From: Verrucomicrobiota bacterium
GTDB lineage: Bacteria > Verrucomicrobiota > Verrucomicrobiia > Limisphaerales > Palsa-1400
Length of the DNA: 64,000 nt
Direction: 5' to 3'
Assembly (NCBI GenBank): GCA_049510745.1
Contig: JBEKYR010000031.1
Span: forward strand, 1 to 64,000
Both the position numbers and the translations under genes were made by a program. Below, one piece after another: positions 37,762 through 47,209 of this stretch (position 1 is the first letter of the stretch; every line of letters starts with the position of its first letter). The notes under the pieces are model-generated. The model was not told the DNA's origin, ran no database searches, and was given only the letters and a program-made list of their open reading frames with translations.

Positions 37762-39314
37762 ATTCGACCCTTATTGCCGGCGCGGCCCTCTTTGTCCTTG
37801 GCATTCCCTTCGGGTTTTTGCTTTTCCTTTGGCGGGAGCGGTACCGGCGCGCGCGCGACGAACTGGCGGGCAACTCGATCCTGGACAAAGCGCGGCGCGA
37901 AGCGGAATCCATCACGCGCGACGCCCGGCTGGCGGCCAATGAAGAGGCCCTCGAGTTGCGCTCCGAAACCGAACTGCTCGTCGCCGCCCGCCACAAGGAA
38001 ATCGCCGCCGCCGAACAACGCCTCAGCACCCGCGAGGAACTGGTCAACGGCCAGTTGGAAAACCTCGTCACCGAGGAAAAATCGCTCCGCGCGGAAAAGG
38101 AGGAACTGCGCGGCAAATCGGCCGAAATCGACCAGGCGCGCCAGGACGCCCTCCAACTGGTCGCCCAGCGCCGTGCCGAACTGGCCGCCGTCTCCAAGAT
38201 GAGCGAGAGCGATCTGCGCGCCGCCTTCCTCAAGCAGGTGGAACAGGAAAGCTTGCGCGACGCCATGCAACTCTCCCAGCACATCCAGGAGGAGGCCCGG
38301 CTCCAGGCCGAAGAAAAAGCCCGCCGCATCATCAGCCTGGCCATTCAGCGCTACGCCGGCCAGCACAGCTTCGAAACCTCCACCGCCACCGTCAACATCA
38401 AGGGCGAGGAGATGAAGGGCCGCATCATCGGCCGCGAAGGCCGCAACATCCGCGCTTTCGAGGCCGCCACCGGCGTCACCGTCCTGATCGATGACACCCC
38501 GGGCGCGGTCGTCCTCTCCGGCTTTGATCCGGTGCGGCGCGAAATCGCCCGCGAGGCCATGGAACGCCTTATTCTTGACGGCCGCATCCATCCCGCCCGC
38601 ATTGAGGAAATCGTCGGCAAGGTCTCCCAGGAAATGGACGCCGTCATCCTGCGCGCCGGCGAGGAAGCCGTCATGAAACTGGGCCTGGCCCCCATGCACC
38701 CTGAATTGATCAAGCTCCTCGGCCGCCTCCATTTCCGCCACAGCTTCGCCCAGAATATCCTCCAGCATTCCGTTGAAGTCGCCCAGTTGACCGCCCTGAT
38801 GGCCGCTGAATTGGGCATCGACGTCGCCGCCGCCAAACGCGCCGGCCTGTTGCACGACATCGGCAAGGCGGTCAACCACGAGATCGAGGGCGCCCACGCT
38901 TTGGTCGGCGCCGACATTGTCAAGCGTTACGGGGAATCCGAGGAGGTCGCCAACGGCGTGGCCTCCCATCATGGCGAGGCGCCGCAGACCGGTTTGCTCG
39001 GTGTTCTCGTCAGCGCCGCCGACGCGATCAGCGCCTCCCGGCCCGGAGCGCGCTCGGAAACGGTCATGACTTACATCAGGCGGGTGGAGGACCTCGAACG
39101 CATCGGCCTGTCCTTCCCCGGGGTGGAAAAATGTTTTGCGCTGCAAGCGGGCCGGGAATTGCGCGTCCTGGTCACGCCCGGCCAGGTGACCGATGAGCAG
39201 GCCTATTTCCTGGCCCGCGGCATCGCCCGCAAGATCGAGGAGGAACTTCAGTATCCGGGCCAGATTCGCGTCACCATCGTCCGCGAAACCCGTTGCGTCG
39301 AGTTCGCCAAGTAA
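37758..39314 (+). CDS. rny: Ribonuclease Y
   Basis: N-terminal TM and coiled coil, KH domain MKGRIIGREGRNIRAFE, HD domain HSVEVA...LLHDIGK, ADAISASRPGAR. Confidence 0.97.
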   Translation: MNSTLIAGAALFVLGIPFGFLLFLWRERYRRARDELAGNSILDKARREAESITRDARLAANEEALELRSETELLVAARHKEIAAAEQRLSTREELVNGQLENLVTEEKSLRAEKEELRGKSAEIDQARQDALQLVAQRRAELAAVSKMSESDLRAAFLKQVEQESLRDAMQLSQHIQEEARLQAEEKARRIISLAIQRYAGQHSFETSTATVNIKGEEMKGRIIGREGRNIRAFEAATGVTVLIDDTPGAVVLSGFDPVRREIAREAMERLILDGRIHPARIEEIVGKVSQEMDAVILRAGEEAVMKLGLAPMHPELIKLLGRLHFRHSFAQNILQHSVEVAQLTALMAAELGIDVAAAKRAGLLHDIGKAVNHEIEGAHALVGADIVKRYGESEEVANGVASHHGEAPQTGLLGVLVSAADAISASRPGARSETVMTYIRRVEDLERIGLSFPGVEKCFALQAGRELRVLVTPGQVTDEQAYFLARGIARKIEEELQYPGQIRVTIVRETRCVEFAK

Positions 39315-39320
39315 CTGCGC

Positions 39321-39485
39321 CTACCGGCCCTGGTTAATCGTCGAAGGCAGCGGCCCTTCCCAACTCTGCGGCTGGTTCCACGGCGTCTGCGGAATGTCGT
39401 CCGCGTCGTCCGTGGCGCAGCCGCCCAGCAATCCGGCCGCCGTCCCCAACAACAGGGCGCATAAAACTGTGCGGAGCATTTTCAT
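39321..39485 (-). CDS. Small lipoprotein
   Basis: MKMLRTVLCALLLGTAAGLLGGC signal/lipobox; TGATG coupling with the upstream gene; PWNQPQSWEG. Confidence 0.7.
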   Translation of the reverse strand: MKMLRTVLCALLLGTAAGLLGGCATDDADDIPQTPWNQPQSWEGPLPSTINQGR

Positions 39486-40237
39486 CAATAGAGCACTTCG
39501 TCGCCTTCCATCACTTCGCCTCTTTTCCAATCCGGCAGGATGTTGGCCACGCTGCGGTCTTTTTGCACACTGGAAATTCGCACCTTGCCGATGAGCCTCC
39601 CGCCCCGGTTGACCATCATCTCGCCCCGTTCCTTGGCTCCCTGCTCATCGCCGATGTCCAGCACCACAAAATCATATTTCGGATCCACCGCCAGAATCTT
39701 GCCCCTCAATCCGGTCGGCAGCGGCACCGGGCCGCTGGAACCAAAAAGTTGTTTCCACCGCTTGTCCAGATCGTTGTAGGAGGCGAGCAGCAACTTGTTT
39801 TCCTTGCTGACCGCGTCGCGCGCCTTCTTGGTTTTGTCCAACTCCTCAATCAGCCCTTTGATCTGGCCGGGTTCGAGCGGGATCTGCGCCCATTGTTCAA
39901 GCTTTTGCTGGGCGGTGTCGCGATCGGCGCGGGTCTTTTCCAAGTCAGCCGTCAACTGGGTGTTGCGCTTGTCCAATTCCGCGGCTTTGGCGTTGGCGCC
40001 GTCCAGCTCGGTTTTGGTCTGGGCCAGGTCTTTCTTGGTGGTGTCCAATTCCGCCTTGGTCTTCTTCAGATTGGCTTCAGCGGTCAGGCGCGTCTTGTTT
40101 TCGGCGGTGTACTTATTGTTCCAGTCGTCGCGGGCGGCCCGGGTGGTGACGATGATGTCTTGAACTTTCACGAAGCTCACCGCGCCGGCGGCCAACCCGG
40201 CGACAATCGCTATGATCAGGCAGATTCGAAGCAACAT
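39485..40237 (-). CDS. Membrane-anchored coiled-coil protein with C-terminal beta-rich domain
   Basis: N-terminal hydrophobic helix, ~150 aa of heptads, then GKILAVDPKYDFVVLDIG...GKVRI...SVANI...GDEV. Confidence 0.8.
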   Translation of the reverse strand: MLLRICLIIAIVAGLAAGAVSFVKVQDIIVTTRAARDDWNNKYTAENKTRLTAEANLKKTKAELDTTKKDLAQTKTELDGANAKAAELDKRNTQLTADLEKTRADRDTAQQKLEQWAQIPLEPGQIKGLIEELDKTKKARDAVSKENKLLLASYNDLDKRWKQLFGSSGPVPLPTGLRGKILAVDPKYDFVVLDIGDEQGAKERGEMMVNRGGRLIGKVRISSVQKDRSVANILPDWKRGEVMEGDEVLY

Positions 40238-40265
40238 TGAATTAATCCTTTTTAACTTTCATTAA

Positions 40266-40294
40266 ACAGTACCCAGAACCCGCCCCCGTGTCAA
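40266..40294 (-). promoter_or_regulatory. Sigma70-type promoter
   Basis: Minus strand TTGACA-17 nt-TACTGT upstream of the ATG at 40237. Confidence 0.55.
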
Positions 40295-40379
40295 CGCCCT
40301 CTTTTTTGATTGATTATTGGGCGGAGATGTGCCTGAATCTGTTCCCGGAGAAAAACCCTTGTCCAAAGGAGACGAGATT

Positions 40380-43300
40380 ATGCATGCAAAAAGACCTTTT
40401 GCCGGCAATCACGGCGATTTCTTGGCGCAACCCGTGCTTGTTTTCCTGGCTGCCGGAGCGCTGTTGCTGGCGGCGGCTGTTCCCAGCGGCATCGCCCAGA
40501 CTGCGGCCCAGTTGATTTCCACCCGTTCCACCGCCTTTCCGCTGCCCGCCGGGGGCAACGGCGACTCGGTGGACCCGCAAATCAGCCCGGATGGGCGGTT
40601 TGTGCTCTTCAACAGCACGGCGGTGAATCTGGTCCCGAACACCGGCGGGCAGTTGTGTTCCCAAGTCTTCCTGCGCGACCGCTCCAGCAATTCGACCACC
40701 CTGGTCAGCGTCAATCTTAACGGCTTCGGCGGCAACGGCAACTCGACCTATGGCGGGATGTCGCCGGACGGCCGCTACGTGGTCTTCACCAGCGATGCCA
40801 GCGATTTGGTGCCCGCGGACACCAATGGATTCAGTGACGTTTTCGTGCGGGACTTGGTCGCCGGGACGACGGTCCTGGCGAGCGTCTCCACCGGCGGCGT
40901 GCAGGGGAACGGTCCGTCCAGCCAGCCTGTTATGACCCCGGACGGCCGTTATGTGGCGTTCATCAGCACTTCAAGCGACCTTGCCAGCGGAAGCCATGAC
41001 AATCCTGACATCTTCGTGCGCGATCTGGTGGCGCAGGCAACGGCCGCCATGAGCACTGTGGCGACTGGCTCCCCGACCGGCGCGGCCATTTCCAGCCTTT
41101 CGATCACCACGAACGGGAGATATGTGGCGTTTTTCAGCACGGCCCTGAATTTGGTTTCCGGCGTGACGCAAGCCGGCGGCGAAGTGTACGTCCGCGACTT
41201 TGTCGGGGGCCGCATCATTTGGGCGAGCAGCAATGCCACCACCACGGCACACGCGATTTTGGGAGGCACCACTCCGGCCTCCGAACACCCCGTCATCAGC
41301 GACGACGGGACGTGGGTGGCCTTCAAGACCGGCTCAAATAGTGCGGCGGGCGGCTCGGCCGTCATTTTTCAATATAACTCCGTCACGGCGGCGCTCACGA
41401 CGGTTTTTACCAACGGGATTTACGCGACGTACGGCGACGATGTTTATGGGCCGGAAATGACGCCGGACGGGCGTTTCATTGCCTTCACGTCGCGAGAACA
41501 GGGAACCGCCACCAACGGCAGCATCCGCCTCTGGGATTCCCAATCCGCCACCAATGTGCTGGTCAGCACCAATCTGAGCGGCGTTTATTCGGCCAACACA
41601 ATGGCCCAGGCGCCGGCACTCACTCCGGATGGGCGTTATGTCGTGTTCCTGAGCAACGCCGGGGATTTGACCGCCAACTCGGTTTCCAACGGCTCGCACA
41701 TTTTCCTCTCTGACACTCAGGGGGGAACCGTGACGTTGCAGGATGTGGATTCCAACGGGGTCGGCTCGACCGATTTCACGGGCACCATGCCAACTCTCAG
41801 CACCAACGGCCAGTTTATCGCCTTTTCCGGACCGGACGGCGCTCTGGTGCCCGCGGATTTTAACGGCGCGAACGACGTCTTCGTGCGGGACGCCGCCGGC
41901 GGCACGACGCAATTAATTTCGCAACGCAACCTGTCCCTGCCAATGCGGTCGGGCGACAGACTTAGTTCGGAAGGCCCGTTTTCCATCAGCGCGGACGGAC
42001 GCTGGGTGGCCTTCGCCAGTTATGCGAATGATTTGGTTCCGAATGACACCAACAACGCGCGCGATGTTTTTGTCTGCGACCGCTGGAGCAGCAGCAACTT
42101 CCTGGTCAGCGTCGGGCAAAATGGCGGTTCCGCGCTGGGAGGGGACTCGATGACGCCGGTCATCAGCACCAACGGGCGATATGTCGCGTTCGTCAGCGCG
42201 GCGACCAATCTGACGGCGGGCAACGTGTTTACCAATCCCGGCGTTTACAATGTTTTTCGCACAGACCTCCAGACGCAGACAACGGTCCTGGTGAGCGTGA
42301 GCACCGACGGGGTGCAATCGGGGACCAACGATTCCACCAGCCCGGTGATGAGCCAGGACGGCCGGTATGTGGCCTTTCTCAGCAAGGCGCGCAATCTGGC
42401 GCCGGGGCAGACGGGACTGGGGTCGAGCACGTTTTTGTACGATTTCAACGGGGGAACGTCCCTCGTCCTGCCTGGAAGCGCAACAAACGCAACCTTTCCT
42501 CCGACGATGAGCGCCGACGGACGTTATATTGCTTATCCCGGTACGACTAACTTGTACACCCAAGTGCTCGTTTGGGACACGCAGCAGGGGAAGAACATCT
42601 ACTCCAACACCGCCAGTTCCGCGGCGATCAGTCCCGATGGGTCGCGCTTGCTCTACCAGAACGGCGCAACTCTCAAGGTCCAGGACTTGGTCCACGGCAC
42701 CAACATGCTCACGGCCACGGGCGCGCAAACAATCCGAACTCCCGGCGTCTGGAGCGGCAACGGGCGGTTTGTCGCCCTGGTCACTTCCTCGGCCATTTCA
42801 GCATTGGATGGCAATAATACCAATGACGTTTACCTCGCCGATCTGCTGACTCCCACGCAGATTTTGGTCAGCGTCAATTCGAGTCTGACGGGCAGCGGCA
42901 ATGCCGCCTCTGATTGGCCGGCGGTCAGTTGGGACGGGCGGTTCGTGGCCTTCCGCAGCTTTGCCACCAACCTTGTCCCCGGCCACACCATCGCGCCAGA
43001 CTTGTATCTCTACGACAGAGTCACCGGCACGAACAGCCTTCTGGCGCTTGAGCAACCGGCGTCCGACTGGACAATGCGGCCGTCCAAACCGGTGTTCAGC
43101 GTGGATGGGAGTTCCGCCGCCTTTCAAAGCTACGGCTCCGGACTCAGTTTCGGCCATCTCAGCCGCTTGCAGGATGTGTTTGCCGCTGTGCTGCCTCCCG
43201 CCGCCAATGCGGACACCGACGGCGACGGCATCCCGGACTGGTGGATGATCCAGTACTTTGGGCATATCACCGGCCAGGCCGGCGACCAGTCGCTCGCCCA

Positions 43301-43604
43301 GGACGATCCCAACGGCACCGGCATGACAACCCTCCAGGATTTTATTGCCGGCATGAACCCGACTGATCCCAAATCGGTCTTTCAAGCCTCAGTTGTGCCG
43401 CCGGCCTCATCGGGCGGGGACGTGACGCTCGTTTGGTCCGTGGTGGCAGGCCGGACCTACTCTGTGCAATACAAGAACAACTTGGAAGATCCCGTCTGGC
43501 ACGCTTTGCGCGGCACTCCCGCCATCAACGGCACCCAGGCGCAATTTGCCGTGCCGACTGATCAGACGAGCCGCTATTACAGGATCGTGGTCGTAGCGCC
43601 CTGA
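40380..43604 (+). CDS. Secreted PD40/TolB-like beta-propeller repeat protein with DxDGDG motif and C-terminal domain
   Basis: Signal peptide; many P.(I/M)(S/T).DGR(Y/F)VAF.S.A.(N/D)L repeats; DTDGDGIPDWW; ends RYYRIVV. Confidence 0.88.
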   Translation: MHAKRPFAGNHGDFLAQPVLVFLAAGALLLAAAVPSGIAQTAAQLISTRSTAFPLPAGGNGDSVDPQISPDGRFVLFNSTAVNLVPNTGGQLCSQVFLRDRSSNSTTLVSVNLNGFGGNGNSTYGGMSPDGRYVVFTSDASDLVPADTNGFSDVFVRDLVAGTTVLASVSTGGVQGNGPSSQPVMTPDGRYVAFISTSSDLASGSHDNPDIFVRDLVAQATAAMSTVATGSPTGAAISSLSITTNGRYVAFFSTALNLVSGVTQAGGEVYVRDFVGGRIIWASSNATTTAHAILGGTTPASEHPVISDDGTWVAFKTGSNSAAGGSAVIFQYNSVTAALTTVFTNGIYATYGDDVYGPEMTPDGRFIAFTSREQGTATNGSIRLWDSQSATNVLVSTNLSGVYSANTMAQAPALTPDGRYVVFLSNAGDLTANSVSNGSHIFLSDTQGGTVTLQDVDSNGVGSTDFTGTMPTLSTNGQFIAFSGPDGALVPADFNGANDVFVRDAAGGTTQLISQRNLSLPMRSGDRLSSEGPFSISADGRWVAFASYANDLVPNDTNNARDVFVCDRWSSSNFLVSVGQNGGSALGGDSMTPVISTNGRYVAFVSAATNLTAGNVFTNPGVYNVFRTDLQTQTTVLVSVSTDGVQSGTNDSTSPVMSQDGRYVAFLSKARNLAPGQTGLGSSTFLYDFNGGTSLVLPGSATNATFPPTMSADGRYIAYPGTTNLYTQVLVWDTQQGKNIYSNTASSAAISPDGSRLLYQNGATLKVQDLVHGTNMLTATGAQTIRTPGVWSGNGRFVALVTSSAISALDGNNTNDVYLADLLTPTQILVSVNSSLTGSGNAASDWPAVSWDGRFVAFRSFATNLVPGHTIAPDLYLYDRVTGTNSLLALEQPASDWTMRPSKPVFSVDGSSAAFQSYGSGLSFGHLSRLQDVFAAVLPPAANADTDGDGIPDWWMIQYFGHITGQAGDQSLAQDDPNGTGMTTLQDFIAGMNPTDPKSVFQASVVPPASSGGDVTLVWSVVAGRTYSVQYKNNLEDPVWHALRGTPAINGTQAQFAVPTDQTSRYYRIVVVAP

Positions 43605-43628
43605 GAGCGCGTTTTAAAAAAACGCTCT
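43604..43628. terminator. Hairpin between convergent genes (bidirectional terminator or collapsed MITE)
   Basis: agagcg-cgttttaaaaaaa-cgctct, bracketed by the two stop codons. Confidence 0.5.
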
Positions 43629-44416
43629 TACCAATAAAAGTAAGGAGCGCTGCCTGTCCTGTTCTGCATGTCTTTGAAATTCCGCCACTCAACATGGCCG
43701 TCGAGCATGGCGACATTGCCGCCGAGAGGGACGGTTCCGTTCAAATGCGGACTGAGGTGACCTTGCACCTGGCCGTATGCGTTCACGTACCCGCCGGGGA
43801 TGTTCACCCAATTGTAGGTGAGCATCACGGCATAAACAGAGGAGTTTCCCGTATTGTTCAGGTTCGCATCAGCCACCAGCGCGCGCGAGGCCGGTTTGAC
43901 CGGAAGGAGCTGAGTGTAACCAATATAGGGGGGCGCTCGCTGTGTGGTTAAAGTGAGATTCATGTTCGTGGCGAAAGAGCCTCCAAAACTTGCGGTGCCG
44001 TACAGGGTGCTGGCATAACCGAGGACACTAAAGTTGGGGCCGTCATAATTAAACAGGCGCAGATTGTCCTGCTCTGTAAAACGCGGAGCAGTCCCCGGAC
44101 AATACAAGTCATTCCACTTGACACCGGTATTTGTGACAAAGGAAACGATAGACCCCGTAGTGTCCCATGCCCAATTTCCGAGACTATTGTAGGGTAGGTT
44201 GTCCTGGTTTTCGTTGCCAAAGATTTGCAGGGCCAAGTCGTACTGCTGCAAATTGGCGGCGCACTGCGCGATGATGGTTTTCCCGGCGCCACGGCCCAGC
44301 GACGGCAACGCCATGACCGCCAGCAGCGCCACAGCGGCCAGGAGGGCCAGAAGATCAACCCGCGTGAAACCGGAATCATCCGGCTGCGGACCGTTCAGTT
44401 TTTCAGCCGTTTTCAC
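43628..44416 (-). CDS. Prepilin-like N-terminus / H-X9-DG-type (DUF1559-like) protein, copy 1
   Basis: AGGAGA RBS then GTG; SGFTRVDLLALLAAVALLAVMALPSL; CAANLQQ; LYCPG; HLNG...GGNVAMLDGHVEW. Confidence 0.85.
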   Translation of the reverse strand: MKTAEKLNGPQPDDSGFTRVDLLALLAAVALLAVMALPSLGRGAGKTIIAQCAANLQQYDLALQIFGNENQDNLPYNSLGNWAWDTTGSIVSFVTNTGVKWNDLYCPGTAPRFTEQDNLRLFNYDGPNFSVLGYASTLYGTASFGGSFATNMNLTLTTQRAPPYIGYTQLLPVKPASRALVADANLNNTGNSSVYAVMLTYNWVNIPGGYVNAYGQVQGHLSPHLNGTVPLGGNVAMLDGHVEWRNFKDMQNRTGSAPYFYW

Positions 44417-44511
44417 TTCTCTCCTCGAGAGAGCTTTGTTCCCAGGAACATACAAATACTGCCCCCGCCAAAGCAAGCCGATTCCGCCAGCCGATTCCGC
44501 CAGATTGCCTT

Positions 44512-45297
44512 TTACCAATAGAAGTAAGGAGAACTGCTTGTCCTGGGCAGCATGGCTTTGAAATTTCGCCACTCAACATGGCCGTCGAGCATGCCGATAT
44601 TGCCGCCGAGAGGGACGGTTCCGTTCAAATGCGGGCTGAGGTGGTCTTGTTCCTGGCCGTATGCGTTCACGTACCCACCGTCGATGTTCACCCAATTGTA
44701 GGTGAGCATCACGGCATAAATAGAGGAGCTTCCCGAATTGTTCAGGTTCGCATCAGCCACCAGCGCGCGCGAGGCCGGTTTGACTGGAAAGGGCTGGGTG
44801 GCGCCAAAATAGGTGGGTGCTCGCTGTGCGGTTAAAGTGATATTCATGTTCGTGGCGAAAGGGCCTGCAAAACTTGCGCTGCCGTACAGGGTGCCGGCAT
44901 AACCGAGGACTCTAAAGGAGGAGGGGTCATAATTAAATAGGCGCAGATTGTCCTGCTCGGTAAAACGCGAAGAAGTCCCCGGACAATACAATTCATTCCA
45001 CTTGACACCGGTATTTGTGATAAAGGAAACGACAGCCGGAACCATGTCCCATGGCCATCCGCTATCATTGTAGGGTAGGTTGTCCTGGTTTTCGTTGCCA
45101 TAGATTTGCAGGGCCAGGTCGTACTGCTGCAAATTGGCGGCGCACTGCGCGATGATGGTCTTCCCGGCGCCGCGGCCCAGCGACGGCAACGCCATGACCG
45201 CCAGCAGCGCCACAGCGGCCAGGAGGGCCAGAAGATCAACCCGCGTGAAACCGGAATCATCCGGCTGCGGACAGTTCAGTTTTTCAGCCGTTTTCAC
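44512..45297 (-). CDS. Prepilin-like N-terminus / H-X9-DG-type (DUF1559-like) protein, copy 2
   Basis: Close tandem paralogue of 43628-44416 with the same motifs. Confidence 0.85.
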   Translation of the reverse strand: MKTAEKLNCPQPDDSGFTRVDLLALLAAVALLAVMALPSLGRGAGKTIIAQCAANLQQYDLALQIYGNENQDNLPYNDSGWPWDMVPAVVSFITNTGVKWNELYCPGTSSRFTEQDNLRLFNYDPSSFRVLGYAGTLYGSASFAGPFATNMNITLTAQRAPTYFGATQPFPVKPASRALVADANLNNSGSSSIYAVMLTYNWVNIDGGYVNAYGQEQDHLSPHLNGTVPLGGNIGMLDGHVEWRNFKAMLPRTSSSPYFYW

Positions 45298-45388
45298 TTC
45301 TCTCCTTAAGAAAGCTTTGTTGCTATGACTATACAGATGCCGCCCCCGCCAATGCAAGCAGATTCCGCAACCTTGTATTACCCGTTTC

Positions 45389-46804
45389 TCACGGCATTCG
45401 ACCGCGGATACAGACAAAGTAGGCCAGCAACAGGACCGCCAGCAGGCCGGTCAGCCAGCCGATTTGCCGCCCCCGCCCGGCGCACACCCGCACCAGCGGG
45501 TCGGCGATCATTCCCAGCGCCAACCCGTCGGCGATGGAATACGAGAGCGGGATGCCAATCAACGTCAGGAAGGCCGGAATGGATGCCGCCGGGTCGTGCC
45601 ACTCAATCTTGGCCGCGTTGCCCATCATCATGGCCCCGACAATCACCAGCGCCGGCGCGGTCAGCGGCGGATAGCTTCCCATCATCAAAACCAGCGGACT
45701 GAAGAAAAGCGCCAGCAAAAACAAGCCGGCCACCACCAAGCCCGTCAACCCGGTGCGTCCTCCCTGTTCCACCCCAGCCGCGCTTTCGATGAAACTGGTC
45801 ACGGTGCTGGTGCCCAGCGCCGCGCCCGCCACGGTGCCGGCGGCGTCGGAAATCATCGCCTGCTTGGCCCGCGGCAGCTTGTTATCCACCATGAACCCGG
45901 CCTCTTCGCAAACCCCGATAAGCGTGCCGATGCCGTCGAACGTCAGCATAAACAGGAAGACCGCGATAAACGGCAGCATGGCCGGGGCCAGCGCGTGGAC
46001 GCAATCCAGTTTCATCCAAGTCGGACCCAGGGGCGGCGGCGCGGCCACCACGCCTTGGGCGAATTGAAACCGCGCCGCCAGCATCGAACCGGCCACGGCG
46101 GGCGACGCGGCCCACGCCCGCGGCAAAAGCGGCAGCGCGGCCTTGCACGCCGCGGCCAGCGCCGTCGCGCCGGCGATTCCCCACAAGATGGCCCCGCGCG
46201 TCCGCCGCGCCTGGAGCACCGCAGTCAATAATAGCGCGGCGAAGAATACCAGCAGATCGGGCGAGCCGAAATGGGCGTTGAGCTTTACGGCCGTGCCGGG
46301 GTCCTTGACAATCACCCCGGCGTTTTGCAGCCCGATGAACGCGATGAATATCCCGATGCCGGCCGCGGCGGCGTTCTTGAGGCTGGGCGTCACGGCGTTG
46401 AAAATCATTTCGCGGATTCCGAGCAGCGACAGGACAAGGAACAGCATGCCGGAGAAAAACACCGCTCCCAGCGCCACCTGCCAGGCATTATGGAATCCGG
46501 CGGCGGCGGCCGCGGGAATGGCCGAGAACACGAAGAAAAAGTTTTCGCCCATCCCCGGCGCCTGGGCGATGGGATAGCGCGAGTAAAGCGCCATGATCAC
46601 GGTGGCCAGCGCGGCCGAAAGGCAAGTCGCCGTCATGACCGCCCCAAAATCCATCCCTGTCGGCTGGCCGAACATTTTCCCGGACAGGACCGCCGGTTGC
46701 ACGACGACGATGTAGGCCATGGTGAGAAAGGTGGTAATTCCCGCCATGATTTCGGTGCGGACCGTGGTTTGGTTTTCGCTCAGCTTGAAAAAACGTTCGA
46801 GCAT
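45389..46804 (-). CDS. NCS2/AzgA-family purine permease
   Basis: TTVRTEIMAGITTFLTMAYI, APGMGENFFF, GTSTVTSFIESAAGVEQGGRTGLT, PLSYSIADG. Confidence 0.93.
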   Translation of the reverse strand: MLERFFKLSENQTTVRTEIMAGITTFLTMAYIVVVQPAVLSGKMFGQPTGMDFGAVMTATCLSAALATVIMALYSRYPIAQAPGMGENFFFVFSAIPAAAAAGFHNAWQVALGAVFFSGMLFLVLSLLGIREMIFNAVTPSLKNAAAAGIGIFIAFIGLQNAGVIVKDPGTAVKLNAHFGSPDLLVFFAALLLTAVLQARRTRGAILWGIAGATALAAACKAALPLLPRAWAASPAVAGSMLAARFQFAQGVVAAPPPLGPTWMKLDCVHALAPAMLPFIAVFLFMLTFDGIGTLIGVCEEAGFMVDNKLPRAKQAMISDAAGTVAGAALGTSTVTSFIESAAGVEQGGRTGLTGLVVAGLFLLALFFSPLVLMMGSYPPLTAPALVIVGAMMMGNAAKIEWHDPAASIPAFLTLIGIPLSYSIADGLALGMIADPLVRVCAGRGRQIGWLTGLLAVLLLAYFVCIRGRMP

Positions 46805-46835
46805 ATCGCCTCTAAAGGAAACCAGGCGAAAAGCC

Positions 46836-47204
46836 CTATGCAGGGCCTTTTGGTCCAAGAGGAATCTTCCAGGTGTAAAGTCTCGACAGCTTTAATCGTC
46901 GTTCTTCGTCTTTCTCTCCGAGAACTTGGCTGTGCGCCCGATTGGCCGGAATTGGCCCATGCGCAACGGACAAGCCTTCCACTGAACGCACTGCACCCAC
47001 ACCGAGTGCGATGACTCCGTTGTCGTCAGGGCGTCGGGCGCGCTGTCTTGTTTCTTCGGCGCTCGCATATCGGTCCCAATCCACCGACATCCCTCCCTCG
47101 TGGTCGCGAAAAACGCCGGGGATGAGAGCGCCTTCGAGACAATATGTCCGATGAACGCGCATAAACACCGCCGCGCTGTCGGGAATATTTTCCTGGGGCC
47201 ACAT
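46836..47204 (-). CDS. Hypothetical protein, candidate ART/RES-like toxin
   Basis: 122 aa starting 5 nt after the upstream stop; pattern FMRVH...F....GMSVDW...H.P...NRAH. Confidence 0.65.
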   Translation of the reverse strand: MWPQENIPDSAAVFMRVHRTYCLEGALIPGVFRDHEGGMSVDWDRYASAEETRQRARRPDDNGVIALGVGAVRSVEGLSVAHGPIPANRAHSQVLGEKDEERRLKLSRLYTWKIPLGPKGPA

Positions 47205-47209
47205 GCCGG

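Noticed and set aside
46805..46900. Purine riboswitch upstream of the NCS2 permease
   Set aside because: Only 31 nt separate the permease start from the upstream gene's stop, and no aptamer consensus is visible.
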